Positions 48,917 through 58,128 of a stretch of DNA of 64,000 nt are shown here, piece after piece. The DNA is from a virus. Under the pieces are notes generated by a model. The model did no database searches. It saw nothing but the letters and a program-made list of their open reading frames with translations, and was not told the origin of the DNA. A program made the translations under genes and the position numbers. The DNA is taken from positions 32,001 to 96,000 of IMG/VR virus record IMGVR_UViG_3300037851_000500, one strand, 5' to 3'. Each line of letters starts with the position of its first letter. Within the stretch, counting starts at the first letter, position 1.

Positions 48917-49414
48917 ATGAATAAATTTAAATTAATACAAATTAAATTAAAAAATGAAAAAAAATTTAAATTTGAAAAAGGCCCATTAAAAGCAACAAAA
49001 GAAATGTGTATTCAGCGGTGTCAAGATCTACTAAAATTAAAAAATTACCCTTGGGCTAAAAATGAAAATCCAATAGCATTTTATATGAAACGTGGGAATA
49101 TAAAATTAGGAAAAAATCAAAGAATATTAATAAATTTTTTACATAAATCATATTTCAGCCGTGGAAAACCCTGTTTTTTAAAAAGGATAAATATAATTAA
49201 ACAAGCAAAATTACAAGGTTTAGACAAAAGTAACCTTACAAAAACAATAATTGCATTAGTTAATCATGGTATCCTTTTAAAAATAACCGGGGAATCAAAC
49301 AAACAAAAAACTGTATTTATATTGCCCAATATATATTTGTACATAGAAAAAGAACCTGAAAAACAGAAGAAAAAATCAGAATCACCCTGGAGGGGGGGTG
49401 AAAACGGTTTGTAA
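48917..49414 (+). CDS. Winged-HTH DNA-binding protein, paralogue B
   Basis: IKLGKNQR..LHKSYFSRGKP..LDKSNLTKTIIALVNHGIL. Confidence 0.7.
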   Translation: MNKFKLIQIKLKNEKKFKFEKGPLKATKEMCIQRCQDLLKLKNYPWAKNENPIAFYMKRGNIKLGKNQRILINFLHKSYFSRGKPCFLKRINIIKQAKLQGLDKSNLTKTIIALVNHGILLKITGESNKQKTVFILPNIYLYIEKEPEKQKKKSESPWRGGENGL

Positions 49415-49522
49415 AGCAATGTAATCATTGATAAATTTTTGTCTTCTTTAATATATACAATTACTAATATACTAACTACCAATACACCTGTATTTGTAAT
49501 AGGTACAGATATACAAATAAAT

Positions 49523-49605
49523 TAACTAATCATTACTCATAAATTGCTTCGCAATTTATTCGTATATGATTAGTTAGCGTTTCGCCAAAAACTGCGAAAC
49601 GCTAA
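49523..49605. other. Two adjacent strong hairpins in an AT-rich intergenic gap (candidate replication origin)
   Basis: TAACTAATCAT..ATAAATTGC-TTC-GCAATTTAT..ATGATTAGTTA and TTAGCGTTTCGC-8 nt-GCGAAACGCTAA. Confidence 0.7.
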
Positions 49606-49674
49606 TTCTATAAATCTTTAAATCATTTTTATAGTCAAAACGGCTTTGAACTACATTTGGTATAGGAGGTCAAT

Positions 49675-50715
49675 TTGATACCTGTAAAATCGCTCTCAGG
49701 ACGTTTGGTATTAAGAGAAAAGGTTGATTCAAAGTCTATTAACCCTATTGAAGAACACATATATAGAAAGTTAAAGTTAAATAATTACAAGCACAGTGCT
49801 TTGGACAATACAGAACAAAATGAATTTTGTAATATAGTTCAATTTAAAACGTCTATTGATTTAAAAGATATGTTAAAGCCCCTTGGATTAGGAAATGCAT
49901 ATTATCGGTCAAGGATGAAAAGTGCCCCGGTATTATTATCAACTGAAATTTTATTTAGTAAATTTGCGGAATTGTTTGTTAATAATGTAAAAATTAATTT
50001 TTTAGTAACTCAGGAACTATGTAACTATTGGAATAAACTAATAATTGAATTTAAACCAGTTGGAATTTCCAAAATAAACATAAATGAAACATCAAAAACA
50101 TATTTTTTTGCAGCCGTATTATTTACCCATACCATGTATTTTAAAGCCCACTCATTAGCAAATATGAAAAGAGCAATTGATATTATAATAAAATTTGGGG
50201 ATAAACTCCCAGTTTTAACATCTAATAAAAAATCAATATTTCAAATATTTACAACAGTATTAACTGAAAAAAGAATGGATTTATTATTTTCATGTGATAG
50301 TGGATTTGATTTTATAAATAGGTTTTATTATAAAGGATCAAAACATAATAATGTATTTAATGGAAAATTTAAATCATTATTTAAACAATATTTTTCTTCA
50401 AATAATATAAATGGTGAAAAATATTTTAAAAAATATGAAGTGACCCTATCAAAATGGTTTGATTCAATTTCAAAAGAATTTACAAGCCCAAACTCTTTAA
50501 GAAAAACTTGTGAATTAAAATTAATAGGGGCTAATAAAAATTGCAATTCTTTAATAGAAGAATATTTTTCTTTTTTATCCATGCAAAAAACAATGGTGGG
50601 AGCTTTAGATATAGTAAAAGAAACATGGTGGCTGAGTTTTGTTGATTATGTCAGGTATACTTTGGGATATTCAGACTTTTGGAAAATTAAAGCACAAGTT
50701 GACAAAACCAAATAA
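49675..50715 (+). CDS. Hypothetical protein (possibly replication-related)
   Basis: 346 aa, AGGAGG RBS with TTG start. Confidence 0.6.
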   Translation: MIPVKSLSGRLVLREKVDSKSINPIEEHIYRKLKLNNYKHSALDNTEQNEFCNIVQFKTSIDLKDMLKPLGLGNAYYRSRMKSAPVLLSTEILFSKFAELFVNNVKINFLVTQELCNYWNKLIIEFKPVGISKININETSKTYFFAAVLFTHTMYFKAHSLANMKRAIDIIIKFGDKLPVLTSNKKSIFQIFTTVLTEKRMDLLFSCDSGFDFINRFYYKGSKHNNVFNGKFKSLFKQYFSSNNINGEKYFKKYEVTLSKWFDSISKEFTSPNSLRKTCELKLIGANKNCNSLIEEYFSFLSMQKTMVGALDIVKETWWLSFVDYVRYTLGYSDFWKIKAQVDKTK

Positions 50716-50727
50716 AATTAGTACAGT
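50699..50727 (+). promoter_or_regulatory. sigma70 promoter
   Basis: TTGACA-17 nt-TACAGT. Confidence 0.65.
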
Positions 50728-50759
50728 TAAGAAAAAGAAGTAAAAGGGGGCAAATATTT

Positions 50760-51329
50760 ATGGTATTACACTATAGTCAAGAAGATTTTTACAAATTGCC
50801 TGATTGGGAGAAGTTAAGGCTGAAACGGTCCAGGTCCAAATACCGTGGGTATAGAATAATGACCAAAGACCAGGAAGTTTCCCGTAAAGAATCTATTTTT
50901 TCAATTTGTGCTCATTTTGGAATGACCACAATTGAAGAATTAGAGGATGAAGCATTTTCTGTTATGGAAGATCATTGGCCTACTAAAATTGAATATTTTC
51001 TTACACCAAAAATTTTAGATTATTTGTCTATAAGTACAATTTGCAATTTTGGGTATTGCTCCTACTGCATTAATTATGAGGGGTATACAAGAAATAAATT
51101 AAAAACAAATATTATTCCATTTACTGGAATTTGTACAAAAGATGGAGAGGAGGGTATTACCCCACACAATTCCAGATGTTGCAATTGGGAATTGGGGACT
51201 CTCCATGTTCAAATAATGTTTGTAAAAATTGAAAAAATTCTTGAAAATTGTAAATCATATAATATGGATGAATATATTAAAGATTTGGAAAATTTCAACT
51301 TCTGGAATTATTTCTTTTCTATTAATTAA
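50760..51329 (+). CDS. Cys-rich hypothetical protein
   Basis: CSYC..GIC..CCNW. Confidence 0.6.
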   Translation: MVLHYSQEDFYKLPDWEKLRLKRSRSKYRGYRIMTKDQEVSRKESIFSICAHFGMTTIEELEDEAFSVMEDHWPTKIEYFLTPKILDYLSISTICNFGYCSYCINYEGYTRNKLKTNIIPFTGICTKDGEEGITPHNSRCCNWELGTLHVQIMFVKIEKILENCKSYNMDEYIKDLENFNFWNYFFSIN

Positions 51330-51347
51330 ACTGTCTGAGAGGTTATC

Positions 51348-51791
51348 ATGGTTAAAAGACAAGAACTAAAAGCAATTAAAAAACACAGGTTGTCAATTAA
51401 ACAGGAACCAGTTGAAATTAAAAAAACAATGTACAAATCGGAATATTGTCTAACTGACAACGATTTGGTAGCGATCTTTGGTACTGATTTAATTGAAGAA
51501 TATTTATCTGATAAAAAAATAGATACTTTTGAAACATTTTTGTTGACAGAAGAAACTTTTGATATTAAAATAAATCGTAACAAACTGTTGGAACCGATTG
51601 AAAAAGGCAAATTCATTGTTTTTGAGAACATCGGAAAAGTTGATAAGGAAATAATTGATTGGTTTATTGAACGATTCCCAAAATGCGTTTTTTACCCAAT
51701 TCAGGAATGGTTTGGTAAAAAAGCAAATACACTTATCTGCATTCTTGGGAGCTTACATGGCAAGCCGGTTGGCGTTGTTAAAAAACATTAA
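51348..51791 (+). CDS. Hypothetical protein
   Basis: GAGG RBS, 147 aa. Confidence 0.65.
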   Translation: MVKRQELKAIKKHRLSIKQEPVEIKKTMYKSEYCLTDNDLVAIFGTDLIEEYLSDKKIDTFETFLLTEETFDIKINRNKLLEPIEKGKFIVFENIGKVDKEIIDWFIERFPKCVFYPIQEWFGKKANTLICILGSLHGKPVGVVKKH

Positions 51792-51808
51792 CGAAAGGAA
51801 AATTAAAA

Positions 51809-52186
51809 ATGGCTAAGAAAGCAGCAGTAGCAGACAAGAAAAAGAGCAAGAGCAACAAACTGAAGATTAAAAACAAAAAAGAATCTTTAGCAAAGGGTGA
51901 AGGAAAAAAGCGTCCCGGTCGCCCCGCAACCAAAAAGCCGGTTGTTGGATGGGAAGTTAGCAGCAAGGATCAAAATAAAATTGCAAATGAATTCTCTAAT
52001 GCTCAAAAGATGTTTGATTCTATTGGGGAGAGTGTTAGCAAATTTGCATTTGATGCTGCTCCTAAATCAGCGATGGATGCAGTTAGGGAAATTATTAAAC
52101 TTCAGGGTCAAATGAAAACCATGTGCAAAACTATTCGGGTTATTAAAAAGGGGATGAAACCCAAATTTGGTGAATTGCCTGCGTGA
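51809..52186 (+). CDS. Lys-rich histone H1/Hc1-like DNA-binding protein
   Basis: MAKKAAVADKKK..KKRPGRPATKK (AT-hook-like), then a helical hairpin resembling the Hc1 family. Confidence 0.5.
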   Translation: MAKKAAVADKKKSKSNKLKIKNKKESLAKGEGKKRPGRPATKKPVVGWEVSSKDQNKIANEFSNAQKMFDSIGESVSKFAFDAAPKSAMDAVREIIKLQGQMKTMCKTIRVIKKGMKPKFGELPA

Positions 52187-52245
52187 CACTTACATGGGCG
52201 GGAAGTCGCCTAAGCGTCTTCGTGGTCCATTTAAGTGTTTTATAT

Positions 52246-52297
52246 AAAATCCCCCTGAAATTAGTAGTGTGAGCGAACTTTTCAGGGGGATTTTTTT
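52246..52297 (+). terminator. Intrinsic terminator
   Basis: AAAATCCCCCTGAAA / TTTCAGGGGGATTTT stem with a T7 tract. Confidence 0.8.
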
Positions 52298-52301
52298 ATA
52301 C

Positions 52302-52330
52302 TTGACTTAACTTGGATCTTTTAGTATATT
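52302..52330 (+). promoter_or_regulatory. sigma70 promoter
   Basis: TTGACT-17 nt-TATATT right after the terminator. Confidence 0.7.
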
Positions 52331-52360
52331 TTTTACAGGGTGGTTAATTTATAATACGGG

Positions 52361-52669
52361 GTGATTTTAATGAATAAAAAACAATATGGAGAATTTCATT
52401 GCCCAATTTGTAAAGCTGTATTTCATATTAAAAAACAATTAGACGGTCATTTAGGAGGTGCCCATAGAAGAAATATTACAAAAGAAGGAGTACCAAAATG
52501 TAAACATTGTGGGCAGAGATTGTTTGTAGGACAGAATTGGGGAATGTGGGCAGTTAAACAACGCAATTTAATTTGTAATATATGTAAAAATAAACAAAAT
52601 AGAGAATCCCACAAAAAAAGAGTTGAAAGAAAAATGCAGGAGAAGAAAAATAATGCTACCCCAAGTTGA
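52361..52669 (+). CDS. C2H2 plus C4 zinc-finger protein
   Basis: CPIC..F..L..HLGGAH; CKHC..CNIC. Confidence 0.7.
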   Translation: MILMNKKQYGEFHCPICKAVFHIKKQLDGHLGGAHRRNITKEGVPKCKHCGQRLFVGQNWGMWAVKQRNLICNICKNKQNRESHKKRVERKMQEKKNNATPS

Positions 52670-53378
52670 TATAGTTTCATTTTTAAATGAAAATTTTGAT
52701 TTTAACAATGAATTAAAATTAAAATTAACAAATTTAGAATTTAAAAGTGGGAATATCAGTCTCTTTGAATTATTTTGTATTTGTGCAATTATAAAAGTAA
52801 GAAGCCCAGAGCTTGTAATGGAATTCGGGACATTTAATGGACGTACCACGATTAATATTGCCAATAACCTCCCAGATGATAGTAAAATAATTACGTTTGA
52901 CCTTCCATTTGACCAAAATGCTAAAAAGGGAACTCTGTTTAAAGTTAAAACAAAATTTCCTTTAGCTGACGGCAAAACAGACCCAAATGATGAGCTTGGT
53001 TTTGTTGGGCATGAAAAACTATTTAAAGATCATTTTTATTATAAATTTGGAAAAATTAAACAAATATGGGCTGATACTGGATCTATAGATTCAAAATCTG
53101 AAGAATGGAATAATAAAGCAGATCTATTTTTTATTGATGCTTCACATACATTTGAAAATTGTTATAATGATTCTAAAACAGCTTATGAAATAATCAAACA
53201 ATTTGGAATTATAATTTGGCATGATTACGGTGGGTGGGATGGAGTCACTAAAGCTATTGATCTTATTTATGAAAAAATAAATAAAACAAATATAATATAT
53301 ATAAATATGTACCACATTAAAGACACCTCACTTGCTGTTGGGGTAGTTATTAACAAAGGAGGAATAGACTTATGGTAA
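52653..53378 (+). CDS. Class I SAM-dependent methyltransferase (Methyltransf_24-like, glycan O-methyltransferase type)
   Basis: MEFGTFNGRTT, DLFFIDASHTFE, GIIIWHDY. Confidence 0.85.
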   Translation: MLPQVDIVSFLNENFDFNNELKLKLTNLEFKSGNISLFELFCICAIIKVRSPELVMEFGTFNGRTTINIANNLPDDSKIITFDLPFDQNAKKGTLFKVKTKFPLADGKTDPNDELGFVGHEKLFKDHFYYKFGKIKQIWADTGSIDSKSEEWNNKADLFFIDASHTFENCYNDSKTAYEIIKQFGIIIWHDYGGWDGVTKAIDLIYEKINKTNIIYINMYHIKDTSLAVGVVINKGGIDLW

Positions 53379-53722
53379 CAGATATGTTAGCGAGAATTGA
53401 AAATTTTATTATTAATATTGCTGAAATAGCTGAAATTAAAACTGCTGGAAAAAGTTATTCTGAAACCAATTCAATTGTAATTATATACAAAAGTGGAAAA
53501 GAAAGCATATTAAATATTAGTGAATCATCTTATAAAAATTTAATGGAATATTTTAATACCCTATGTCCAGATTTTAACGATGATTATACCCGTAAGAATT
53601 TAATTAATGCCGTTGTGTTTCAAAGAAGTCAATTTATGCAAAAGATGATGCAGGAAGGGGCTTTACCAAAAAGTGATTTTCCTGATAAAGTTATGCCAAA
53701 AAATCATGGAGCAAAACAATGA
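53372..53722 (+). CDS. Hypothetical protein
   Basis: GGAGG RBS; overlaps its neighbours. Confidence 0.6.
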   Translation: MVTDMLARIENFIINIAEIAEIKTAGKSYSETNSIVIIYKSGKESILNISESSYKNLMEYFNTLCPDFNDDYTRKNLINAVVFQRSQFMQKMMQEGALPKSDFPDKVMPKNHGAKQ

Positions 53723-53925
53723 AAATTGGAAATTTAAAAGTACAAAAAAATTATTCCTCTGGAAAAACTAAATGGGCTATTTTAGGTAGATTTCGTAGGG
53801 GGGTATGGGAACAAACTAATTTAGAAGGAAAAGATTTAATTTTTGATATAAAGTACGATGCTTGCTGTTTTTTGCTTTCTATAAATGAGGATTGGAATAA
53901 TAAGGGAAAAAGTTATGGAAATTAA
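53719..53925 (+). CDS. Hypothetical protein
   Basis: ATGA overlap with the upstream gene. Confidence 0.5.
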   Translation: MKIGNLKVQKNYSSGKTKWAILGRFRRGVWEQTNLEGKDLIFDIKYDACCFLLSINEDWNNKGKSYGN

Positions 53926-54316
53926 TGAAATTCATAAAAAAGCATGGGGGCATGAATTTTGGGTTGTTAATAATGATTTATATTGTGGTAAAATACTTTA
54001 TGTAGAATCTCACTGGAAAGTATCATACCACTATCATAAAAATAAGCATGAAACATTTCATATTTTAGATGGTTTTGGGTATTTTAATTACAATGGAAAA
54101 GAATTTAAATTACAAGCAAGTGATACAATTGTAATTCCACAGAATACACCTCATAGCTTCGGAGGATTGTCCACATATCCTTTGATCATTATAGAATTCT
54201 CTACTCCACATGATGAAGAAGATAGTTATAGAGATGATAAAAGCCACAGAATAGATCATGAAGAATATTCACGTTGGTTAAGTCTCCCACTATTTTATCC
54301 AAAAATGATTCTATGA
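53915..54316 (+). CDS. Cupin, sugar isomerase-like (mannose-6-phosphate/D-lyxose isomerase type)
   Basis: KAWGHE..YCGKIL..SYHYHKNKHETF..PHSF..EFSTPH..DSYR. Confidence 0.85.
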   Translation: MEINEIHKKAWGHEFWVVNNDLYCGKILYVESHWKVSYHYHKNKHETFHILDGFGYFNYNGKEFKLQASDTIVIPQNTPHSFGGLSTYPLIIIEFSTPHDEEDSYRDDKSHRIDHEEYSRWLSLPLFYPKMIL

Positions 54317-54484
54317 TACGATACCAATTAAAAGTAAAAATAGAACCGTTCCACTGTCCTATGTTCGGGGTTATACTTTCTGAATGTAATCTTCATTGTG
54401 ATTTCTGTACAATTCCTTTTGAAAAAAGAACACTATTAAAAAATAATAAACCACCAACAAGTACCAGAGTAGAGGAACTTAATA

Positions 54485-55138
54485 ATGGTACGTTATAAAT
54501 TAAAATATAAAATGAAAAAGATGCTTGCTGGTATGGTTTTTGGTAAATGGACAGTGTTAAAAAGAACAAAAACAGGTAAACATGGTGCCCCTTATTGGTT
54601 ATGCCGTTGCTCTTGTGGGGCAGAAAAAGATATTGCCAGTACTACTTTATGGGGTGGTCAATCAAAATCTTGTGGGAAACAAAATATATTTCATGCTAAA
54701 GAATATTTTTATAAAAATATAAAAGTTAATAATAAAACCGGATGTTGGTTATGGTTACACAATGAACATAGTATATATGGGCAAATTTCTATTTCTGGTA
54801 TAAATGTACCAGTACATAGATTTAGTTATGAAATACATAAAGGCCCAATTCCAAATAATCTATTTATCTGCCATCAATGTGATACCCCAAAATGTGTAAA
54901 CCCATATCACCTTAAAACAGGCACACAACAAGATAATATTAATAATGCAATAAAACGTGGAAGAAATGTAAAAGGTCAAAAAGTAGGAACATCCATTTTA
55001 ACTGATAAACAAGTAATTGAAATAAAAAGTATACTAAAAAATAAAACATCTACTCATGAACAAATAGCAATTAAATTTAAAACATCCAGAACAGCAATTA
55101 CAGCTATATCTACCGGACAAAATTGGAGTCATCTTTAA
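54485..55138 (+). CDS. HNH homing endonuclease (His-Cys/HNH_3 type)
   Basis: WLCRCSCG, GCWLW, HRFSY..ICHQCDTPKCVNPYHL..GTQQDN. Confidence 0.92.
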   Translation: MVRYKLKYKMKKMLAGMVFGKWTVLKRTKTGKHGAPYWLCRCSCGAEKDIASTTLWGGQSKSCGKQNIFHAKEYFYKNIKVNNKTGCWLWLHNEHSIYGQISISGINVPVHRFSYEIHKGPIPNNLFICHQCDTPKCVNPYHLKTGTQQDNINNAIKRGRNVKGQKVGTSILTDKQVIEIKSILKNKTSTHEQIAIKFKTSRTAITAISTGQNWSHL

Positions 55139-55183
55139 TAAATATATAAAGTTGAGTTAGTAAATAAATTTTGTAAATAGGAG

Positions 55184-55738
55184 GTGCGTATGCTTATAGG
55201 TCTTACTGGTAAAGGGGGTTCTGGAAAAACCACATTTGCTGGATTTATAATTAAATACGCCTCAATTCCATTTATTCAGGTTAATTTTAAAGATGCCCTT
55301 GTTCATATGGCTAAAAAAATAGGGTGGAATGGAATTAAAGACGAAAAAGGTAGAAAGTTATTACAAACATTGGCAACAGAAGTTGTTAGAGACTGTATTG
55401 ATGAAGATTACTGGTGCAATGCATGGTTTGATAATATAAGATTTGATTGTTTTATTGGAGAAAAATCAATAGTTATTGATGATGTTAGATTTGAAAATGA
55501 AGCACAAACAATAATAAGTACAGCAATTGAAAAAGGTTGTGAATATAAAATTGTTAAATTAATTACAAATAATCAACCTGAAGTTATGACTGAACAAGCA
55601 AAAAAACATAGATCAGAACAGGGAATCCCGGAAGAATTAGTCACTAATGTTATATATATGGAATATGGTTTAAATTTTGTTGAAGAAGCAGCAAAGGAGT
55701 TTTTAAAAGATAACAAAATTCTAAAGGAAGGAATTTAA
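55184..55738 (+). CDS. Deoxynucleoside monophosphate kinase
   Basis: IGLTGKGGSGKT, RKLLQTLATE, IDDVRFENE, HRSE. Confidence 0.88.
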   Translation: MRMLIGLTGKGGSGKTTFAGFIIKYASIPFIQVNFKDALVHMAKKIGWNGIKDEKGRKLLQTLATEVVRDCIDEDYWCNAWFDNIRFDCFIGEKSIVIDDVRFENEAQTIISTAIEKGCEYKIVKLITNNQPEVMTEQAKKHRSEQGIPEELVTNVIYMEYGLNFVEEAAKEFLKDNKILKEGI

Positions 55739-55742
55739 ACCA

Positions 55743-56150
55743 ATGTGGAGTTCAGATTATGATCTGCGAGAACGGGTATTTAATAAAACTGGTGGTTTTT
55801 GTTTTTATTGTGGAAGACGTTTAGTTTTAAATAGCCCACAAAGAAAAGACAGAATGACAATGGACCACTTAGTTCCAAGATCTAAAGGTGGAAATGGGTA
55901 TTTTCATAATCTGGTTCCAAGCTGTAAAAGGTGTAATAGAGTTAAAGGTGATACAGAAGATATTGAACAATTTAGATTTGAATTAACTATGGATCATTTT
56001 CAGAAAAAGTATCATGTTAGATTTACCAGGAAGCATATTGAATTTTTAAGAAGTGTATTAAAAGTAAGTGTACCGGCTAGAAACTTTATTTTTTATTTTG
56101 AAAACTCAAAAAACCTTAGAAGAATAGCAGAACCATTATTAAACCTATAA
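55743..56150 (+). CDS. HNH endonuclease (McrA-like)
   Basis: CFYCG..MDHLVPRSKGG..NLVPSCKRCNRVKG. Confidence 0.9.
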   Translation: MWSSDYDLRERVFNKTGGFCFYCGRRLVLNSPQRKDRMTMDHLVPRSKGGNGYFHNLVPSCKRCNRVKGDTEDIEQFRFELTMDHFQKKYHVRFTRKHIEFLRSVLKVSVPARNFIFYFENSKNLRRIAEPLLNL

Positions 56151-56166
56151 TTAAAAGATAACTAAT

Positions 56167-56421
56167 ATGAAAAAGTTTATTTGTCCAGCATGTGGAAAAA
56201 AAATATCAGTTTTTAATATTAGCAATAGGTATAATAAAGAAGAAGATTCTTTTACCTGTAAAAATTGTAAATTATCTGCTAAATTAAGACATTTTACTAA
56301 GGGGATTAAAATAAAGGAAATAGAAAAAGAAAGAATTAAAAAAATGATTATATGGTGCATAATATCCATACCTTTTCAAACAATTATTTTTTATTCAATT
56401 CTTGAAAGGATATTTTTATGA
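56167..56421 (+). CDS. Zinc-ribbon protein with C-terminal TM
   Basis: CPAC..CKNC plus a hydrophobic tail. Confidence 0.6.
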   Translation: MKKFICPACGKKISVFNISNRYNKEEDSFTCKNCKLSAKLRHFTKGIKIKEIEKERIKKMIIWCIISIPFQTIIFYSILERIFL

Positions 56422-56705
56422 GTATAAATTTAGGTGGTAATAATTCACCGCTTAATTTAAACAAAATGAAATTTAATGTGGACCTATCTAAAATAGCAAA
56501 AGTAAGATGTACAAAATGTAGTAATGAATCATTTACTATGTTAGGATCAATTAAAATGATTAGTCCTATACAATCAACCAGTGGTAAGTGGGATACAGCT
56601 ATAGAAGCGCAATGGGTATGTTTAAATTGCCACCACCCATTTGATCCAAGTGAATATTTAGAAAATTTAAAACAGGAAGTAAAAAAAGAGAACAAAGGAG
56701 AGTAA
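56418..56705 (+). CDS. Zinc-ribbon protein
   Basis: CTKC..SP..SG..CLNC. Confidence 0.65.
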   Translation: MSINLGGNNSPLNLNKMKFNVDLSKIAKVRCTKCSNESFTMLGSIKMISPIQSTSGKWDTAIEAQWVCLNCHHPFDPSEYLENLKQEVKKENKGE

Positions 56706-56706
56706 G

Positions 56707-57618
56707 ATGGCAACAGCAAGAATTGTTGATGATCTGTGCCTTGTTGATATTGATGCTATAACTATTCCCGATGCATGGTTTCAGTGTATTTATCAAATTC
56801 TCCATTATGGCAGGAAATATACAATTGATCGCGGATCTTTTGCAGGACAGCAAAGATTGGAGTTTGATTATATTACCGCGTCAATATCTAAACCTGGATT
56901 TGGGGCTGATTCAGATATAAATAATATGTTGCCACGTTTAAGGGAAGGAATTTCTATTCCAAATCCAGTAGAAGAAGGATATTTAAATGATTATTTACCA
57001 TATTTGATGACTGGAGAACTAAAACCGGGGGAATCATATACTTATGGGCAAAGATTAAATAAATGCCCTATCCCGTTTGAATGGATTGTAAATTATGATT
57101 CTGGAAAACACGCTTATTGTTCAGAGGATTTTACAAAAGTTTTAACTCAAGATAGAAAACTTTATGAAAATAATAAAATAATTCATAAAGAGAAAAATAA
57201 AGAAACATATAAAGCCAATGCCTTTTTTAATCAAATTGAATTTTTAATTTATACTTATAAAAGATATGGGTTTAAAAATAATCAAATGGTTCTTCAAATA
57301 GCACAACCATCTGATATGTTTTTACAAGATCCCCCATGTTTAAGATTAATAGACACCAGAATTTTAAATAATAAACTACATTTTTTTGTTGAATTTAGAT
57401 CTTGGGATTTATGGGCTGGTTTTCCAGCTAATCTTGCTGCAATTGAGATTTTAAAACAGTATATTGCTGGAGAATTAAACGTAGAAACGGGGGTTACTAT
57501 AGCCCGTTCAAAGGGGTTGCATATATATAACTATACCTGGGAATTAGCTGAAATAGTGGCTAATAAAACAATGAGCGAAGCGCAAGAATCAATTATGGAT
57601 TTAAAAAATGCAAACTAA
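56707..57618 (+). CDS. thyA: Thymidylate synthase (ThyA family, archaeal/deltaproteobacterial-like)
   Basis: YTYGQRL, PPC, FRSWD..GFPAN (Asn indicates dUMP specificity), LHIY. Confidence 0.88.
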   Translation: MATARIVDDLCLVDIDAITIPDAWFQCIYQILHYGRKYTIDRGSFAGQQRLEFDYITASISKPGFGADSDINNMLPRLREGISIPNPVEEGYLNDYLPYLMTGELKPGESYTYGQRLNKCPIPFEWIVNYDSGKHAYCSEDFTKVLTQDRKLYENNKIIHKEKNKETYKANAFFNQIEFLIYTYKRYGFKNNQMVLQIAQPSDMFLQDPPCLRLIDTRILNNKLHFFVEFRSWDLWAGFPANLAAIEILKQYIAGELNVETGVTIARSKGLHIYNYTWELAEIVANKTMSEAQESIMDLKNAN

Positions 57619-57973
57619 ATACTCAATTTATGAATTAATGGACTTATTTGAATTTTCAGATGAGGATAAAAAGGATTTGCCCATATTATCTCCAACAAAT
57701 GATTTTAAATTGTTAGAGGAAAATTTAAAAAAATTTAAAAAGGTATTTAAAAAAAATTATCGTAAAGTAGCAATGAAATATCATCCAGATAAACACCCAG
57801 ATAAAAAACTGGCACATAAGAAACTTGTTGTTATTACCCAGTTAATGAAAATGATAAATAATGTAAAAATTCAGGAACAAATAAGGGAATCCGCTACAAT
57901 AACTGTTAAATTTCATTTTTATGGATCTTATTCATCTTCTACATGGGGTGGAACACCCACATCCACATGGTAA
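57608..57973 (+). CDS. J-domain (DnaJ-like) protein
   Basis: YRKVAMKYHPDK. Confidence 0.8.
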   Translation: MQTKYSIYELMDLFEFSDEDKKDLPILSPTNDFKLLEENLKKFKKVFKKNYRKVAMKYHPDKHPDKKLAHKKLVVITQLMKMINNVKIQEQIRESATITVKFHFYGSYSSSTWGGTPTSTW

Positions 57974-57980
57974 ATGCGAC

Positions 57981-58009
57981 TTGACTTGGATGATTTTTTG
58001 TGAGATAAT
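57981..58009 (+). promoter_or_regulatory. sigma70 promoter (extended -10)
   Basis: TTGACT-17 nt-GATAAT with TG upstream. Confidence 0.6.
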
Positions 58010-58128
58010 ATTTTTTAAATTGGCCCAAGGTATTATCTTTAACATAAAACATGGAGGTGCCTTATGTAGAACACAATTAAAAAAACCAAAATTAGACAAA
58101 CCTAAATTTAGAAAATAGGAGGTTACTT

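Noticed and set aside
49382-49674. Frameshift or readthrough joining the wHTH gene to 49675-50715
   Set aside because: All three frames hit stops before 49675.
55184-57618. Hypermodified-base (glycosyl-hmC) pathway from ThyA homologue, dNMP kinase and GTs
   Set aside because: The synthase has Asn (GFPAN) at the specificity position, indicating dUMP, and the GTs sit in the late structural operon. A hmU pathway cannot be fully excluded.
58051-58069. GGAGG followed by ATG TAG as evidence of stop-codon reassignment
   Set aside because: TAG ends clear genes (e.g. 4271, terL, tail terminator), and the standard code gives dense, intact ORFs.
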